Of a DNA stretch of 64,000 bases, positions 60,676 through 64,000 are shown in pieces. How positions within the stretch are numbered: the first letter of the stretch is position 1; every line of letters begins with the position of its first letter. Source of the stretch: Fimicolochytrium jonesii (taxonomy: Eukaryota). The position numbers and the translations under genes are program-made. A model generated the notes under the pieces. It was not told the origin of the DNA. It made no database searches and saw only the letters and a program-made list of their open reading frames with translations. The stretch covers positions 310,001 to 374,000 of the forward strand of contig NW_026515693.1 in NCBI RefSeq assembly GCF_025526975.1, written 5' to 3'.

Positions 60676-61292
60676 GGAACCAAACGGCTCTTCGTCTTGG
60701 GCACAGCTTCGGCGTCTGTGCTTCTGGCGCTTCTGGAGGTCTGATCCAATCCGTCCCTGACCCTAACCCGTCGGATGACAAGTCCCTAACCCTATCTCCT
60801 CGATTCCTGATCTTCACAAGTGTGGAATACCTAGGGGCGGCGTAGAATGACGCCATATACTGTCCCTTGCTGAGAGCCGGGCAGGAGTCCCTGCAAATCT
60901 CTTTGGCGGCTCCTCGGACAACGATACAGTATGTTGTGGATGACCTGGGGAGATCAAGGTAAGGCGAAAAGGCAGACCCAACAGTCATCAAATAGTTGAT
61001 GGAAAAGGCCTCCGTCAGCTGGCGGCGGTGAGTGTCACCACGCCCCCACGTTTTCTCGACCCAATCCCGACCATATGGAGGGTGCGCTGGAACGTCGGTG
61101 ACTCTCTCGCTTCGTGACGCTCAGCAGTGCACTGGCAGCGAGAGCCTGCGACACTGACATCGGGACAGGAGGCACAAGCGCAGGTGCACTTCCACTCATA
61201 CCCACTTCTACTGTACTTGCACGAGGACTTCACTAGGTGAAACTCCTGTGCGTCGCCAGCGTCATTTTACGGTCCATCAAGCGACAGTAAAA

Positions 61293-64000
61293 ATGTACAC
61301 CAGAAAGTACATCCCGCTCCTAAGCGGGATCCTTCTACCCATGGCAACCCTCTTCAACACCCAGTCTATCATCGTACCGGGTTGGCTATACCACGAGCGA
61401 AGTGCTCATTGGGGAACGCACGAAATTGTCAGCAGTGCCAGCAGCATCTTGACCAACCGTCCTCACCGGCCGCGCCTGCAATTCTATACCTTGCCACTTG
61501 TCACGGCTCTGGCTTCGGCGTCCCTTGGGCTTGGGTTGCTGGCTGTTGGCTGCTTATTTTTAAGGATGCTCGAGTAGGTACCGAAGTGGGGCGGAGGATG
61601 AGGATGTAGGATACTGAAGGATAGGCCCATGCTCACTCCGGTTTCCTTTTTTTTTCGGAAAAGGAAGAAGATCAAATGGTGCACCCGTCTTCTGATCCTC
61701 GGCGCCGCCGGCCAAGGCATCTTCGCCTTCGCGGCCGTCATCACCTTCTGGTCCTGGGTCTCGCTCTCCAACACCGACGGGCAATACAGTGAGGGCAGCT
61801 TCTACAGCGCCATCTGCGGGTTCCTCTCCCTCGCAGTGGCCGGGCTGAACGCGTATCATCATCATATGAACCGGATGCAGGTTTATTCGTATACGCTGTA
61901 TGAGCTGAGTGTTGCGCAGAGGCAGCTTGTGTTGTTGACGATTACGACGATTGTGTATATTGTGGCGATGGGGGCTTTGTATGCCACGCTGGAGGGATGG
62001 TAGGTATCGTTTGTATGGGGAGGTGTATAGTGCATCTAGAGTCTGTTTCGACCCTGCGCGGTCCGAACACAGTATTTACCCACGATTGCCTCTTAGGGAG
62101 TTTGATGACGGTCTATATTGTGAGTTTCCATTTCGCATTGCATACAGCAAAACGGTATTCTAATCAACCCATTTCATGTTTCTCCAGGGTGCGCCGCAAC
62201 ACTCTCAACAATCGGCTTCGGCGACCTCTACCCCCAAACCGTCCTCGGCAAGCTCCTCCTCCCCATCATGGCAACCGCCGGCGTCGCCCTCCTAACCGCC
62301 ACCGTCTATGCGATCCGCCAAGTTGCATTGGAGCTGCTAACCCACCAGCTCGCGACCGAGTATTCGAAATCGTTTGGGATACAGAAGGAGGATGCATCGA
62401 TGGATGTACCCGGTGGTGTGGGCGCGGGTGTACCGTTTGGGAGGAGGAGGACGGTGGATGTGGCTGTAACGCGGTCCCATCCGAATCTTTGGAGTGGGGG
62501 TAGGGAGACCTCGGATGGGATGTTAGGCGAGCGAGGGAGGGGAGCGACTGTGGCCGTGCCGCAGGAGATACCGCAGAGTGATAGGGACATATATACCGGT
62601 TCACGGGCAGCGTTTTCAGCACCGCACGGCGTCGTCACAGACCTGTTCCCGCCCCTCTCGCCCTCAAAACAACCCGACCTCGCCCGGCTCTCCGTCCCCG
62701 ACATGCGCATGAACACCCAAACCCCGTCCCGACATTTCGAAAACGATAATGGGGCTGGCGTGCCTTTCACCCACTCCGTCACAACCCCAACCCCCACCCG
62801 CTCCCGCACAATGGTCATCTCCCGCGGCGCCCACCTCCCCCAAGTAACAATCCAAACCACCCACCACGTCCGCCGCCACCACGTCGTCGAAGCCACCCGC
62901 CGCACCTTCCGCCACCAAATCACCTCCGCACTCATCGCCGTCATCGCCAACATGCTCATCTTTGGCGGTCTCTTCGCTTTCTTTGAACATTGGGCCTTTT
63001 TCGAGGGAATGTATTTCGTCGTCTGTGCCCTTTTGACGATCGGGTATGGCGATTACACTTTAACGACGGTGCAGTCCCGATCCGTGTTTGTGTGGTTCCT
63101 GTTTATCGGCATCGCGAGCGTTGCGTATCTGTTTTCGCTGTTGAGTGAACGGGCGTTGGATCAGTGGACCATGGAGGTGGGGAAAATTGCGAGTCGCGTG
63201 GATCGGTATGAGAGGAAGGCGAGGTTGAAGAAAATGTATAGGAAGGGGGACGTTTGGGCGGCGGGGAAGACGAGAAAGAGGGACGAAGGTGGACGTGGGG
63301 ATGTGGGTGAGCGACACCCGTTCGTGAGCACGGATTCGGATGTGTCAATGGAGGATCATCGAGATGTGGACAGTGATGAGTACCACGACGACCAACCTGC
63401 ATGGAGCGAGCATGAGGCGGGTGCTGGCCATGACGGTTATACGACCCAAGAGAACGAAAACGTCGATACGCAACTGATATGGGACAACGACGTCCCCCAA
63501 CACCGCTGCGGCAGCCCGCTCGACCTCACACCCGACCTCCAACCAACCTCCCCACCCCCACCGCCAGAAATCGGCCTGTTCACCACCTCCGAAGCCGAAG
63601 ACTCCGAAACCACCCCACTCCTAATCCCCCCACCAACACCCCCGACACCCTCCTCAACATCCTCCTCCCTGCATCCACCCTCTATCCTCGGCTCCCGTCA
63701 AACTCAGCGAAACAATCCACTTTCCTCTTCCGTCCACTTTGACCACTCTCCGACGCGATACGCCCCGACTTCTCCCACATCGCCGATAAGCAGCTTATCA
63801 CGATCGTATGTCCAGCCCCAGCCGCATCGGAGGACGCGGTCGTATGCTGTGCCGATTCGGAGACATGGGTCTGTCGACGTGCCCCACACTCAGGGGCTGG
63901 GGAGGCATGGGGCCACGACGTATGACCGGAGAGTTGAGAGTCATGTGCAGGTGTCACGGTCGTATGTCCCGACGAGGAACGTGGTTCGGTTGGAGATGCC
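61293..64000 (+). CDS. TOK1: TOK-type two-pore-domain potassium channel, runs off the window end
   Basis: Four N-terminal TM segments, LSVAQRQLVL, pore 1 TLSTIGFGDLYP and pore 2 LLTIGYGDY. Confidence 0.88.

Overview
Eukaryotic, intron-rich fungal DNA with GT-AG introns. An early-diverging fungus such as a chytrid is inferred from the gene content but not proven. Two blocks of ordinary genes flank a ~14 kb nest of mobile elements. The left block (2-20 kb) holds an F-box protein, JMJD4, an amidase, FBA1, CTI6 and IKS1. The right block (35-64 kb) holds a chitin deacetylase, MPP6, a DHHC palmitoyltransferase, URB2, EFG1, eIF3d with an intronic snoRNA, a Slo/BK K+ channel, FUN14, tRNA-Pro, a frameshifted BTB gene and a TOK K+ channel. 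The nest (20.0-34.3 kb) contains: (1) a spliced Fanzor gene (eukaryotic TnpB-like RNA-guided nuclease) with all three RuvC acidic residues but one unresolved frameshift or retained intron; (2) a structured candidate omegaRNA region behind it; (3) a three-copy hairpin repeat/variable-spacer array in its 5' region; (4) a divergent Ulp1-like protease gene split by a very young Ty3/Gypsy chromovirus, which has 530-bp LTRs, a GCGGC target-site duplication, a self-priming PBS and a -1 frameshift pseudoknot; (5) a Copia 3' remnant and a Harbinger-type transposase fragment. Other notable signals are a mini-hairpin-rich sequence family shared by introns of three unrelated genes and an array of degenerate tRNA-Pro 3' halves beside the tRNA gene. 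All exon boundaries were read by eye and no database search was run.
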